Positions 1 through 11,961 of a stretch of DNA of 43,659 nt are shown here, in pieces (the first letter of the stretch is position 1; each line of letters opens with the position of its first letter). The position numbers were made by a program, and so were the translations under genes. The stretch comes from Octopus bimaculoides. Lineage: Eukaryota. The stretch is from positions 5,841,102 to 5,884,760 of the forward strand of contig NC_068998.1 in assembly GCF_001194135.2 (NCBI RefSeq), given 5' to 3'. The notes beneath the pieces were generated by a model that was given only the letters and a program-made list of their open reading frames with translations, ran no database searches and was not told the origin of the DNA.

Positions 1-36
<36 letters not shown>

Positions 37-979
37 TCGAACATATATATTTACAAATATACAAACAGACACACACAGACAGTTGTTATGCAATTCTGTT
101 TAAAAAAAAAAGAGAAAAAGGAAAGAAAAACATTGCTCGATTACGAAGGTATGGCAGAAGAAAAAAAAACCCATCTTCCCAGTATACCGTACAGTTGGAT
201 CGAAACCAGAAAAGCAAGACTGTGAAGCGAACCTCTTAACGACATGGCCAAACCTAAAACCGTTTGTTTACAAGTTAAACAACTTGAAAACCTTACAAAT
301 ATACATGGTTTGTAGGCTATAATAACATAAACACGATATTTCTGTTTTTGTACTCCGCTAAAATTTGCTTTTATTTCAGATACGTTTTTCTAAGAAAAAC
401 AACGGAATTTTGTTTATTATTCACAGTAACTGTTCTGCTGGTATTATTTTATCTTATTTATATTATTTTTTGTCTAATTATTATTATTTTTGTTTTGCTT
501 TTATTGTTTCAGTCATTTGACTGCAGCCATGCTGGAGCACCACCTTTAGTCCAGCAAATCGACCCCAGAACTTATTCTTTGTAAGCCTAGCACTTATTCT
601 ATCGGTCTCTTTGCCAAACTGCTAAGTTACGAGGACATAAACACACCAGCATCGGTTGTCAAGCGATGGTGGAGAGACAAACACAGACACAAACATACAC
701 ACACACACACATGCATATATGGATACAGGACATCACCAAACGGTAAACAACATGAAATGCGAAAGCAAATGAGTTCAATGCGCAAACAAAGAAAGGAAAC
801 AAATGGAAAACAGGACAAGTAACATAAAGAACGACCCTTCGTCAGTTGTCGGCTGTCTATCTACTCCTCATTTCGAGCGTTTATATTATACATATATACA
901 TACGTGTGTGTGTGAGTGAGTTCAATTTTATTTGTTGCGGTTATTAGACGGACACTGCCTTGAAACGTTATATTATCTT

Positions 980-1367
980 TTACTTCTTTCAGTGATTGAA
1001 CTGTGGCCATGCTGGAGCACCACCTTGAAGGAAGTAGTCGAACAAGTCTATCCCAGTGCTCATGCTTTAAGACTGGTACTTAATTCTATCGGTAACCTTT
1101 GCCGAACCGCTACGTTACCGGGGACGTAAACAAACCAACACCGCTCGTCAAGCGGTAGTGGGGACAAACAGAAGGGCACACACACACACATGCAACGGGT
1201 TTCCACAGAGTCTCCACCTATGAAATTCGCTCACCAGATATCGATCGGTTCGGATGGGGGGGGGTACTAAATAAAAGACGCCTGGCTAACGTGGCCTGCA
1301 GTGGGATTGAAGTCAAAACCATACGGTTACAAAACGAGCTTCTTAACAAAATAACCATTCCTGCGCC
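980..1367 (-). mobile_element. SINE family A, diverged copy (a 3' fragment also at about 500-700)
   Basis: Reverse complement matches the 3170 copy from tail to head (ends CCTGCGCC). Confidence 0.7.
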
Positions 1368-2249
1368 AATAAGATTTTAACTAGATTCCCTCATTGCAGG
1401 CAACGGGTAGGATTGAATTCAGGTCAAGATTATGTGTAATTGTCAACGTACACGGGGCAGTCGGTTTGTCTGCCTTGTTTCTCTGAATGTAATCAAACTT
1501 GTTTTCTTAGAAACTCATCTGAGTTTTTTAAAGAGAATTTTACTTTTAATTCCTTTCTGTCCTTCTCTTTCTTTCTTTCTATCCTTCTCTTTCTTTCTTT
1601 CTATTCTTCTCTTTCTTCCTTTCTATCCTCTTCTCTGCCTTTCTTTCTATCCTTCTTCTTTCCTTCGTTTCTTTCTATCCTCTTTCTTCCTTTTCTTTCT
1701 TTCTTGACACAATGAGGTTTCAGAAATTTGCAAATAAGGAGTGTACCTATCAATAATGTGTGTGTGTGTGCGTGACTGTGCGCGCACGCAGCGTGTGTGT
1801 GTGTGTTGTGTGTGTGTGTGCGTGAATCACTGTCTCCTTGCTTTGATTTCATGGTCCAGTTGTAAAACGAATGCCACCGTAATACAAGCAGTATCCTTTG
1901 TTTCCAATTCTCCCTTGAAAAACACGTCTGGTCATAAAATATTAACCTTACTTGGAAACAAGGTAAGAGTTGACAACAGGAAGGGCATCCGGCTGTAGAA
2001 TACCTGCCTCCTGCCTCAACAGACTCCATCCGTCCCATGCAAGCATGGAGAAGTAACGTTGATGATGATAGGTGTGTGTGTGTGAAGACGCGTGACTCAC
2101 TGGTTAGGTGATTGCACTCACGATCTAATGATTTAAATAGCTATACTCTAACAACCCTTTGTCTTTAGACAAAAATACTTAGATGAAAGTGTCTTTAGAC
2201 GAAAATGCTTTTAGACCAAAGTGTTTTAGACCAAAGTTAACCCCCCCCA

Positions 2250-2550
2250 TATCATCATCGTTTAACGTCCGCTTTCGATGCTAGCATGAGTTGGACAATT
2301 TGACTGAGGACTGGCAAGCCAGAAGGCTACACCAGGCTCCAATCTGATCTGGCAGAGTTTCTACAGCTGGATGCCCTTCCTAACGCCAACCACTCCGAGA
2401 GTGTAGTGGGTGCTTTTACGTGCCACCGGCACGAAGGCCAGTCAGGCGGCACTGGCAACGGCCACGCTCAAAATGGTGCATTTTATGTGCCACCTGCACA
2501 GGAGCCAGTCCAGCGGCACTGGCAACGACCTCGCTCGAATGTCTTTTCAC
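2250..2550 (-). mobile_element. Retroposon with RTE-type 3' tail (family B)
   Basis: Minus strand carries GTTGGCGTTAGGAAGGGCATCCAGCTGTAGAAAC and ends GCATCGAAAGCGGACGTTAAACGATGATGAT. Related copies at about 1970-2070, 13832-14221, 28760-28890, 37370-37529, 40737-40860 and 42895-42995. Confidence 0.75.
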
Positions 2551-3169
2551 GTGCTTGTATGTATATATATATGTGTGTATATATACACACAGACACAGAC
2601 ATTTTTCTTATTTTTACGTTGTTTTTTACTAGTCTCCACTATCTCTCTGTATCTATCGCCTTATGTAACATTCATTCTCGTAAGCGTGGTTACGTATCCT
2701 AGATATAGATCCCATGACACTGATATATCAGTTACATAATAGCATTAAAACATATGCTCTATGTGACAGCATTTTACACATTTACCTTATCATGGGACCT
2801 TATCATGAAAGTCGTTTACATATGTGCGAAGTGTATGTGTGAGAGCGCACGGTGTGTTGATGTGTTTATATATATATATATATATATATNNNNNNNNNNN
2901 NNNNNNNNNNNNNNNNNNNNNNNNNNNNNNNNNNNNNNNNNNNNNNNNNNNNNNNNNNNNNNNNNNNNNNNNNNNNNNNNNNNNNNNNNNNNNNNNNNNN
3001 NNNNNNNNNNNNNNNNNNNNNNNNNNNNNNNNNNNNNNNNNNNNNNNNNNNNNNNNNNNNNNNNNNNNNNNNNNNNNNNNNNNNNNNNNNNNNNNNNNNN
3101 NNNNNNNNNNNNNNNNNNNNNNNNNNNNNNNNNNNNNNNNNNATATATATATATATATATATATATATA

Positions 3170-3543
3170 GGCGCAGGAGTGGCTGTGTGGTAAGTAGCTT
3201 GCTTAACAACCACATGGTTCCGGGTTCAGTCCTACTGCGTGGCACCTTGGGCAAGTGTCTTCTACTATAGCCTCGGGCCTTGTGAGTGGATTTGGTAGAC
3301 GGAAACAGAAACAAGCCCATCATATGTATATATGTTTTTGTGCCTGTGTTTGTCCCCTCCTCATCCCCAACATCACTTGACAACCAATGCTGATGTGCTT
3401 ATGTCCCCGTCAATTAGCGGTTCGGCAAGAGAGACTGATCGAATAAGTACTAGGCTTACAAAGAGTAAGTCGTGGGGTCGATTTGCTTGACTATAGGTGG
3501 TGCTCCAACATGGCCGCAATCAAATGACTGAAACAAATAAAAG
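3170..3543 (+). mobile_element. tRNA-derived SINE family A, near full length
   Basis: Head GGCGCAGGAGTGGCTGTGTGGTAAG (A box) ... GGTTCAGTCC (B box), internal TA/TG microsatellite, tail GGTGCTCCAGCATGGCC..AATGACTGAAACAA.TAAAAG. The same sequence recurs many times in the window. Confidence 0.85.
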
Positions 3544-3574
<31 letters not shown>

Positions 3575-4534
3575 TATTTATGAGGGTAGAAATTGATATT
3601 AATCAATTTGAACCAGTGGTCTAGCTTATTAAAAAAATCCGAAGATTAAAATTATATTACATACAAAAATAAGAGGGATTACCAGCAAAAGTGGACTCCT
3701 TCATGCTAGAAATAGATGCCGAATCATCTAACCACGAAAAAAACATATGTTCTCAGTAAAAATTCAGCGACACAACAGACTGTAAAAGAGCAAGACAAAT
3801 GAAAAAATACTAAATAAAAACGATTAACCTACGTACCATGGCTTCACCTGTTAAAATTTACGTAAGTAAATATCTGCAGGATCGTCAGCGTAGTCNNNNN
3901 NNNNNNNNNNNNNNNNNNNNNNNNNNNNNNNNNNNNNNNNNNNNNNNNNNNNNNNNNNNNNNNNNNNNNNNNNNNNNNNNNNNNNNNNNNNNNNNNNNNN
4001 NNNNNNNNNNNNNNNNNNNNNNNNNNNNNNNNNNNNNNNNNNNNNATATATATATATATATATATATATAAAAACAAAAGTAAATGAGTATATGCATATA
4101 TACGTACAGGTATGTGCATACCGACATCCACCTGTATGTATAGGTGCATATCTGGGTACAGGACATTGCAAACAAACGTAGACGAGAACACACGAGCCAC
4201 ATATATATATATTCTTTTACTTGTTTCAGTTATTTGACTGCGGCCATGCTGGAGCAGCACCGCCTTTACCGTCGATTTACTTGACTAAAGGCGGTGCTCC
4301 AGCAATGTTGTTGTTGATGTTTCAACAAAGATAACCGCAACGGTCACCACCCTGTACAAGTGCACTGATATAGGTGACCTCTCGCTGTATGATATGGTTC
4401 TCCCAAATGTAAACATTTTGTCTTATAAAACAGATGTTAAGTTGACACGTACTTCACGTTTACAAGGTTGTGTGATAAACCCACTCGCTTCGCAACTATG
4501 ATGCTTCGAGTTCAATCTTCTCTTGCGTGGCACC

Positions 4535-4995
4535 ACCTTTTGTTACCTTATTTTTTTGAGATGCTCTGTGTTTCTTCCAATTAATTTTAAATATAACAAA
4601 GCATTTAGTAAAATAACTTAGTTATCATTAAGCTAGTATTTGGGAGATAAATTGTGACTAAGATTTTAATTCAAAACTTATGAAAATAAGGCATTTGTAC
4701 TACAGATCCAGAGGTGGTTTCAGCCAGGTTGGTATCAAAAGGGTTAAGAATTGTTTCTCTATTACATATTTTAACCCTTTCATTACCATATTTCTGTTGA
4801 GATGCTCTGTGTTTCTTTCAATTAATTTTAAATATAACAAAGAATTTAGTAAAATAACTTAGTTATCATTAAGCTAGTGTTAGGAACATAAATTGTGACT
4901 AAGGTTTGGTGGAAAATTTTAATTCAGAACTTATGAAACCAAGACGTTTGTACTACAGAGCCAGAGGCGGCTTGAGCTGGGTTGGTATCAAAAGG
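4535..4995 (+). mobile_element. Two tandem copies of a ~220-bp piggyBac-like MITE (about 4535-4747 and 4771-4995)
   Basis: Direct duplication of GAGATGCTCTGTGTTTCTT-CAATTAATTTTAAATATAACAAAG... Ends TTAACCCTTT (4771) and AAAAGGGTTAA (4737-4747) are inverted and TTAA-bounded. Confidence 0.7.
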
Positions 4996-5324
4996 ATCTT
5001 TTATCAGATTTGTTTTTTTTAAGACCACCTGAGTCCAGTGAGGGAAATTTAAGGGGGGGGGGNNNNNNNNNNNNNNNNNNNNNNNNNNNNNNNNNNNNNN
5101 NNNNNNNNNNNNNNNNNNNNNNNNNNNNNNNNNNNNNNNNNNNNNNNNNNNNNNNNNNNNNNNNNNNNNNNNNNNNNNNNNNNNNNNNNNNNNNNNNNNN
5201 NNNNGAAGAGGAACGCATTAAGGACGCTATCAAAGTAATGAATATGGAGAGAAAGGATACTTTGCGTAAGGAAAGAAAAAAGAAAGATAGGTGACGGAAT
5301 ATGTGTAACAAACGCACGCAAAAT

Positions 5325-5369
<45 letters not shown>

Positions 5370-5998
5370 AAAGTGTATATTAATATATAAATACATATAT
5401 AAGATCACGTATATAAATATATGGAAATATGCACGTAAATACACATCCTCTTCTCCCTCCTCTCTCACTCTTGCTCTCCTACTTTCATTCTAGCTACGTA
5501 CCTATATATCAACACATACATTGATTACATATATATATAGCACCTACCCTCCCTAATCTATCAGGGTAACTGTATCTTCACAAATCACACATACATACAC
5601 TCCCTCTCTATCTCTCTCTGTTTCCATCCCTCTTTCTCCCCACACACATATTGCTTTCCATTAGATATTAGGCAGAGATAAAAGGAAACGAAAAGTAGCT
5701 CAACGGTTACAATTCGGTTAAACTTCTTGAATGCTTTATCACTGAAACATTACATTCAGGAACAAGAGTTTAGTACAAACGACAACACGAACAAAAGCAA
5801 TAAAAGCTTCAACAACAACAACAACAACAGCCACAATCACAACTGCCAACTACTAGATGTAACACCTAGTGATATCAATAGCAATCTATACCAACGACAG
5901 CAGGTTTATAACACTTCGCGTCCCAAAAGCGAAGGTAACAACACCTCCGACAACAACGTGGGAAGAATACCACAACAAACAGCAACAAACCAACCAGT

Positions 5999-6426
5999 AT
6001 GACAACAGCTAACAGTCATCTTCTCAAGTCCTCTTGTACATCATATAAGAACATACAAGATGATAGTATGCAAAACCATTCCTTCAGGAACTTTGACAAA
6101 TGCGATTCCGATTCGCAGGTGTACAACACCTACAAGCAAATGCACATGTTTCAAACTGTCGACTTTGTGAAAGAATCCCACGGACGATGGACCAGATTCG
6201 ATCAAGCTGAAATGTCCATAATGGAAGCTCTGGAAATGTTAAACAACTTGGTGGATGAATCCGACCCGGACATCGATCTCAGTAACTCTTTCCATGCGTT
6301 TCAAACGGCAGAAGGAATACGTAAAGAGTACCCCGACGAAGACTGGTTTCAGTTGACGGGACTCATACACGACCTGGGTAAAGTTATGGCCCTCTGGGGT
6401 GCACCGCAGTGGTCGGTGGTCGGCGA
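5999..6426 (+). CDS. MIOX: Myo-inositol oxygenase, N-terminal half (rest falls in N-gap 6427-6843)
   Basis: Translation contains the MIOX hallmarks YKQMHMFQTVDFV, LVDESDPDIDLSNSFHAFQTAEGIR and LIHDLGK (HD di-iron motif) and ends PQWSVVG-GA(n), matching the conserved PQW-VVGD. No intron in the 428 visible nt. Residues after the gap in the ORF track are not MIOX. Confidence 0.95.
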
Positions 6427-6853
6427 NNNNNNNNNNNNNNNNNNNNNNNNNNNNNNNNNNNNNNNNNNNNNNNNNNNNNNNNNNNNNNNNNNNNNNNNNN
6501 NNNNNNNNNNNNNNNNNNNNNNNNNNNNNNNNNNNNNNNNNNNNNNNNNNNNNNNNNNNNNNNNNNNNNNNNNNNNNNNNNNNNNNNNNNNNNNNNNNNN
6601 NNNNNNNNNNNNNNNNNNNNNNNNNNNNNNNNNNNNNNNNNNNNNNNNNNNNNNNNNNNNNNNNNNNNNNNNNNNNNNNNNNNNNNNNNNNNNNNNNNNN
6701 NNNNNNNNNNNNNNNNNNNNNNNNNNNNNNNNNNNNNNNNNNNNNNNNNNNNNNNNNNNNNNNNNNNNNNNNNNNNNNNNNNNNNNNNNNNNNNNNNNNN
6801 NNNNNNNNNNNNNNNNNNNNNNNNNNNNNNNNNNNNNNNNNNNATTTATGTAC

Positions 6854-6859
6854 AATAAA
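6854..6859 (+). terminator. Candidate polyadenylation signal for MIOX
   Basis: AATAAA 10 nt after the gap, followed by T-rich sequence. Confidence 0.4.
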
Positions 6860-7058
6860 TTGGATTTATTTCTACAATGCACAAAACTATTTTAACAATT
6901 TTTTTTAATACAATTCCTCGTAATACTTAATTATAGAAATTCCGCCGACGTCTACTTAGCCTTTCATCCTTTCGGGGTCGATATAATCGACGCCTTTTCC
7001 CTAAAAAGAATATTTAATTATAAAAAATATAATAGGACTTGTTTAAAGTATTGAATGG

Positions 7059-7094
<36 letters not shown>

Positions 7095-7645
7095 AAAAAA
7101 AAGCAGACGACTTCTGGAAACTGAGAGTAGACTCTCGTCAGTTGGAATGCCCAGCTAGAAGAAAAATTTGAAGAAAAAGATAAAATAATTTGGGTACATT
7201 ACATTTGTGATGATTATATTGATATGTGATTTTCAAGCGAAAGTCGATTTGATCAATTTTATTTCATTCATATTTCTTTTTAAGTTACTAGGCTGATCTC
7301 ATTCGTGAATTTAATGGTGTGCCTGCACGCATGTCTGTGCATCAGTCTGACGTGGTGGGTAGGGGCATGGCTGTATGTGCCGAGTATGATAGAAACTGCA
7401 TTCGTATAAAACTATCTACCAATCTTTTATTCGGATGCAATCTCCATCATGTAGACATACATATAACACACACATGTATAAATCATATAAACATGTGTAT
7501 ATGTATGTACATACATGCATTCACATATATACTTGTATGTGCACATACATGTATGCACAGAGACGTATATTTACATATACAAATATATACACATGTATGT
7601 ATATATATGTACACATACACACACTTGTATTTCTGGCGATAAATG

Positions 7646-7679
<34 letters not shown>

Positions 7680-7765
7680 ATATCTAATGGTTAATAGAAC
7701 AAATGGTTTACACCTGGTAGCTTACTGGTAAAGCAGTCACTTTCACAGTGATCGTTAGGTATATG

Positions 7766-8086
7766 GCAAATGAAAGACGGCATTTTTAATACTTTTCTCG
7801 CTTGATTGCGTGTTCGTTTCTCTTTTTGTCATCCGTGATTTTATTTTTGATCTTCTATATAAATGAAGGCATTTCTTCCCTACAAAATGGAAAATTAACA
7901 TTACGGAACAGTCGTTTTAACGAGTTGCATTTATTTATCACCCGACGAGATACATCTGCACCACCGGATGCTCCCGAACCAGTTGTTGAGTGTCCCAGCC
8001 ATGAGGAATCGAAGCTAGATGAGTCGAAACAATTGTCGTGATTAATAATAAATTCTCGTATATTCCATCTGCCGTCTTTCATTTGC
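7766..8086. mobile_element. Candidate 321-bp non-autonomous element with 17-bp perfect TIRs
   Basis: GCAAATGAAAGACGGCA (7766-7782) and its exact reverse complement (8070-8086), each flanked externally by ATG. Confidence 0.5.
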
Positions 8087-9279
8087 ATGCATATATATAN
8101 NNNNNNNNNNNNNNNNNNNNNNNNNNNNNNNNNNNNNNNNNNNNNNNNNNNNNNNNNNNNNNNNNNNNNNNNNNNNNNNNNNNNNNNNNNNNNNNNNNNN
8201 NNNNNNNNNNNNNNNNNNNNNNNNNNNNNNNNNNNNNNNNNNNNNNNNNNNNNNNNNNNNNNNNNNNNNNNNNNNNNNNNNNNNNNNNNNNNNNNNNNNN
8301 NNNNNNNNNNNNNNNNNNNNNNNNNNNNNNNNNNNNNNNNNNNNNNNNNNNNNNNNNNNNNNNNNNNNNNNNNNNNNNNNNNNNNNNNNNNNNNNNNNNN
8401 NNNNNNNNNNNNNNNNNNNNNNNNNNNNNNNNNNNNNNNNNNNNNNNNNNNNNNNNNNNNNNNNNNNNNNNNNNNNNNNNNNNNNNNNNNNNNNNNNNNN
8501 NNNNNNNNNNNNNNNNNNNNNNNNNNNNNNNNNNNNNNNNNNNNNNNNNNNNNNGGGGGGGGATATTATATATATAATAATATTAGGGATAAAATCAATT
8601 TATATATATATATATATATATCGGGTAAACTAAAATGATTGTCACTGTCACACAAGCATATTCATTCATTTCCGATATTCTGCAAGAACATATCTGGCCA
8701 TGGGGAAATATAACCTTTCTTGAAAACAGATGATTGGCGAAATGAAGGCTATCTGGCTGTAGAAGATCTGCTTTGTTGACCCATGCAAGCATTGAAAAGT
8801 GGACATTAAAAAGATATACACACTAATGAGTTCTATTGAAGAAGATTCCATTTTAGCGAACTGGAGGGAACTTCCCCCTCTCTTTAATTTTATCCATGCA
8901 TTATGTCTCCGTGACACAAAAGCACCCGATTTTAGAATGCTGTTCATCCTATCTAACGGAACTTTATACGCATTAAGCACACACACATTTATAGAGTATG
9001 TAGGGGAGATAATACAGAACCAAAAGTTATGTCCCTTAAGTATGATGCGCACACGTCTTAATCTTTTATTTGTTTCAATTATTAAACTGAGCCAATGCTA
9101 AGACATTGCCCTTGAAGAATTTTAGTCGAACAAATCAACCCGAGTACTTGCTATTTCTTTAAGAGCCCGATATATTTTTTTTATCGGCGTCTGTTGCCAA
9201 ACCGCTAAGTCACGAGTGCGTAAACACACCAACACCGGTTGTCGTGCGGTGGTGGAAGTGGGGAGAAAAACACACGCAC

Positions 9280-9330
<51 letters not shown>

Positions 9331-9734
9331 CAGAGAGTTTCTCCTGTCGGTCAGCTTCAACTTATGACTGGAAACGAACGACTTCGCTTGTATAACGATG
9401 ATGCTCATTTACAAAGGTACACACTAACACATCGCTTTACATCACCAAACATTAGAACACAAAAAATAGCTTTATNNNNNNNNNNNNNNNNNNNNNNNNN
9501 NNNNNNNNNNNNNNNNNNNNNNNNNNNNNNNNNNNNNNNNNNNNNNNNNNNNNNNNNNNNNNNNNNNNNNNNNNNNNNNNNNNNNNNNNNNNNNNNNNNN
9601 NNNNNNNNNNNNNNNNNNNNNNNNNNNNNNNNNNNNNNNNNNNNNNNNNNNNNNNNNNNNNNNNNNNNNNNNNNNNNNNNNNNNNNNNNNNNNNNNNNNN
9701 NNNNNNNNNNNNNNNNNNNNNNNNNNNNNNNNNA

Positions 9735-11700
9735 AATCGACTACATCAACTCTAGTTCATGACTGGTACTTTATTTTAGCAACTCCGTGTGGATAAAAGG
9801 CCAAGTTGATCTCGGTGGGATTTGAACTCAGAATGTAAAGAGCTGGAACTAATACTGCAAAGCATTTTTTCCACCCCAACGCTCTAATGAATCTGTTAAT
9901 CTACCCCCAACTCACAATAATAATGATTCAAATTTTGCCATAAGGACAGCAATCTTGGGGAGGGGACTAGTCGATTACATCGCCCTCAGTGCGCATCTGG
10001 TACTTAATTTACAGACCCAAAAGGATGAAAGGCAAAATCGACCTCGGTGGAATTTGAACTCAGAACGTAAAAACGAACGAAATACTGCTAAGCATTTCGT
10101 CCAGCTCGCTGCCTTAATAACAATGCTTTCTACTATAGGCAAAAGGCCTGAAACTTTGGGGGAGGGGGTCTACTCGATTACATAAGCCCCAGTACTCAAC
10201 TGGTACTTATTTTATCGACCCTGAAAGGATGAAAGACAAAGTCTACCTCGGCAGAATTTGAACTCAGAACATAATGGTGGAAGGAATGCTCAACATTTCT
10301 TTTGGCGTGCAGGTTTCTAATTTTGGCACAAGGCCTGTAATTCTGAGGGGGGGGGGGTGCAAACCAGTTGGTAGTATTTCACTAGAATGATGATTATCAT
10401 TACTATTAAAGTTGAACAAAGAAAAATCAAAGTAAATACGAGACGAGAGAGACCAAATGAGTGCAACAGTTCCAACAGTGTCAGAGTTTTGGTTTGAGAG
10501 AAAGTTGTACTTCACACCCTGGCCAAAAGTGAGGCAGCAGAGAGGAGCATTGCACTTTAAATGGAATGAAATGAATGCTAATTTTGGACGAATCAATGTC
10601 TTAGGAAAAAAAAAAAAGTCTTTAGATTCTTTACAGCATCAAATGGTGCTAATCAGGAATGTCTATACTAACCACCACAAAGGACTGGCTATCAGTTTGT
10701 CACAAGTAAAATCCCAAAATGACCGGCTGCATGTCTGACCTGTCTCTTAACAAGCGTGAACTGGAGTGTATATATGGATGATGACGATGATGGGTTTCAC
10801 AGAGGGCAATCAATTAGTTCTGCCTCAGTAGATGGAGAATATTCCATTGATACCGGAAAGATAGCAGGCAAAGTAAATCCTGGAATAATTTGAACTCAGC
10901 GCACAAAAGGGACGTAACTAAATAACAAACAATTGTTTCTAGCAACCCATCCCACCCCGCTGGGCACTGCATCATCTGTAATGGTGTTAGTCTGACAAGG
11001 CATGAGCACTCACAGACTACTCTGAGGCAGATTTTCTACAGCTGGATGCCACTCCTGTCACCAAACCTCACTCGTTTTCACGTGACTGGACATGTTTTCA
11101 GGGAGGAATGGAAATAGAGGAGACATCACTTCCATGCAAATGGCAGCGTACCTTGTTCCTAGTCAGCCATGAAAATGGGTCCAGCTACGATAATTAACTT
11201 TGGCACAAAGCCAGCAATTTTAAAGGAAAGGGCAAGTTGATTACAATGACTCCCCACCCCCACCCCAATACATGACTTGTAATTTATTTTATCGAACCAC
11301 GAAAGAATGAAAGGCAAAGCTGACCTTGGCAGGATTTGAGCCCAGAATGTAAAAAGCCAGAACAAATGCTACTTAGCATTTTGTCCGATGCTCTAACGAT
11401 TCTACCAGCATGGCCTTAATTCTTTCTACCATAGACATATGGCCAAATGTTTTAAAGGGGAGGGGTATCACTGCCATAATAATAATCCTTCCTATTTTCG
11501 GCGCACAAGGCCTGAAATTTGGGGAGAGGGTGCTAGTCGATTACATCGAGCCCAGTGCTAAACTGGTAGTTGTTTTGAAAGGATGAAAGGCTAAGTTAAC
11601 CTTGGCAGAATTTGAGCTTAGAATATAAGGGAGGGTGAAATGCCGCTAAACATTTTGCCCGGTGAACTAACGACTCTGCCAGCTCGTTACAATAATAGCA
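9735..11700 (-). mobile_element. Cluster of at least six co-oriented SINE family E copies and fragments
   Basis: The motif GGATGAAAGGCAAAG..GACCTCGG..GAATTTGAACTCAGAA recurs near 9800, 10030, 10230, 10870, 11310 and 11590. Confidence 0.8.
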
Positions 11701-11961
11701 ATATGAAGAGCATGAGATGGTTTGTGATAAAAGTTAATCTATTACGAAACCGAGTTCTTATTGCTTATTTACAGTCATGAAAGAGTTACATTAATTTTCA
11801 CAAATAAATAATAATAAACTCTAGCATTCTGTTATGGGCAACCAGGGAGCACTGAACTCATGACCTGTGTTGCAGCAGGTAACCCAATACTCTGATCTAT
11901 AATCAATTTGCCTCAACGGTGAACAAGTGAGCAAATGAACAAAGCTAATTAACAGCATTTG

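Noticed and set aside
3170-3240. tRNA genes at SINE heads
   Set aside because: A/B boxes are present, but I cannot fold a complete cloverleaf and each continues into SINE body.
5999-6426. Horizontal (bacterial or fungal) origin of the intronless MIOX
   Set aside because: The peptide closely follows animal MIOX. A phylogeny would be decisive, but nothing in the sequence points to transfer.
7802-8088. Opposing 79/77-aa ORFs as coding exons
   Set aside because: No convincing splice sites or homology; they lie inside the TIR-bounded segment.
8666-9101. 128-aa and 100-aa ORFs
   Set aside because: They start or end in repeat fragments, with no recognisable domain or splice chain.
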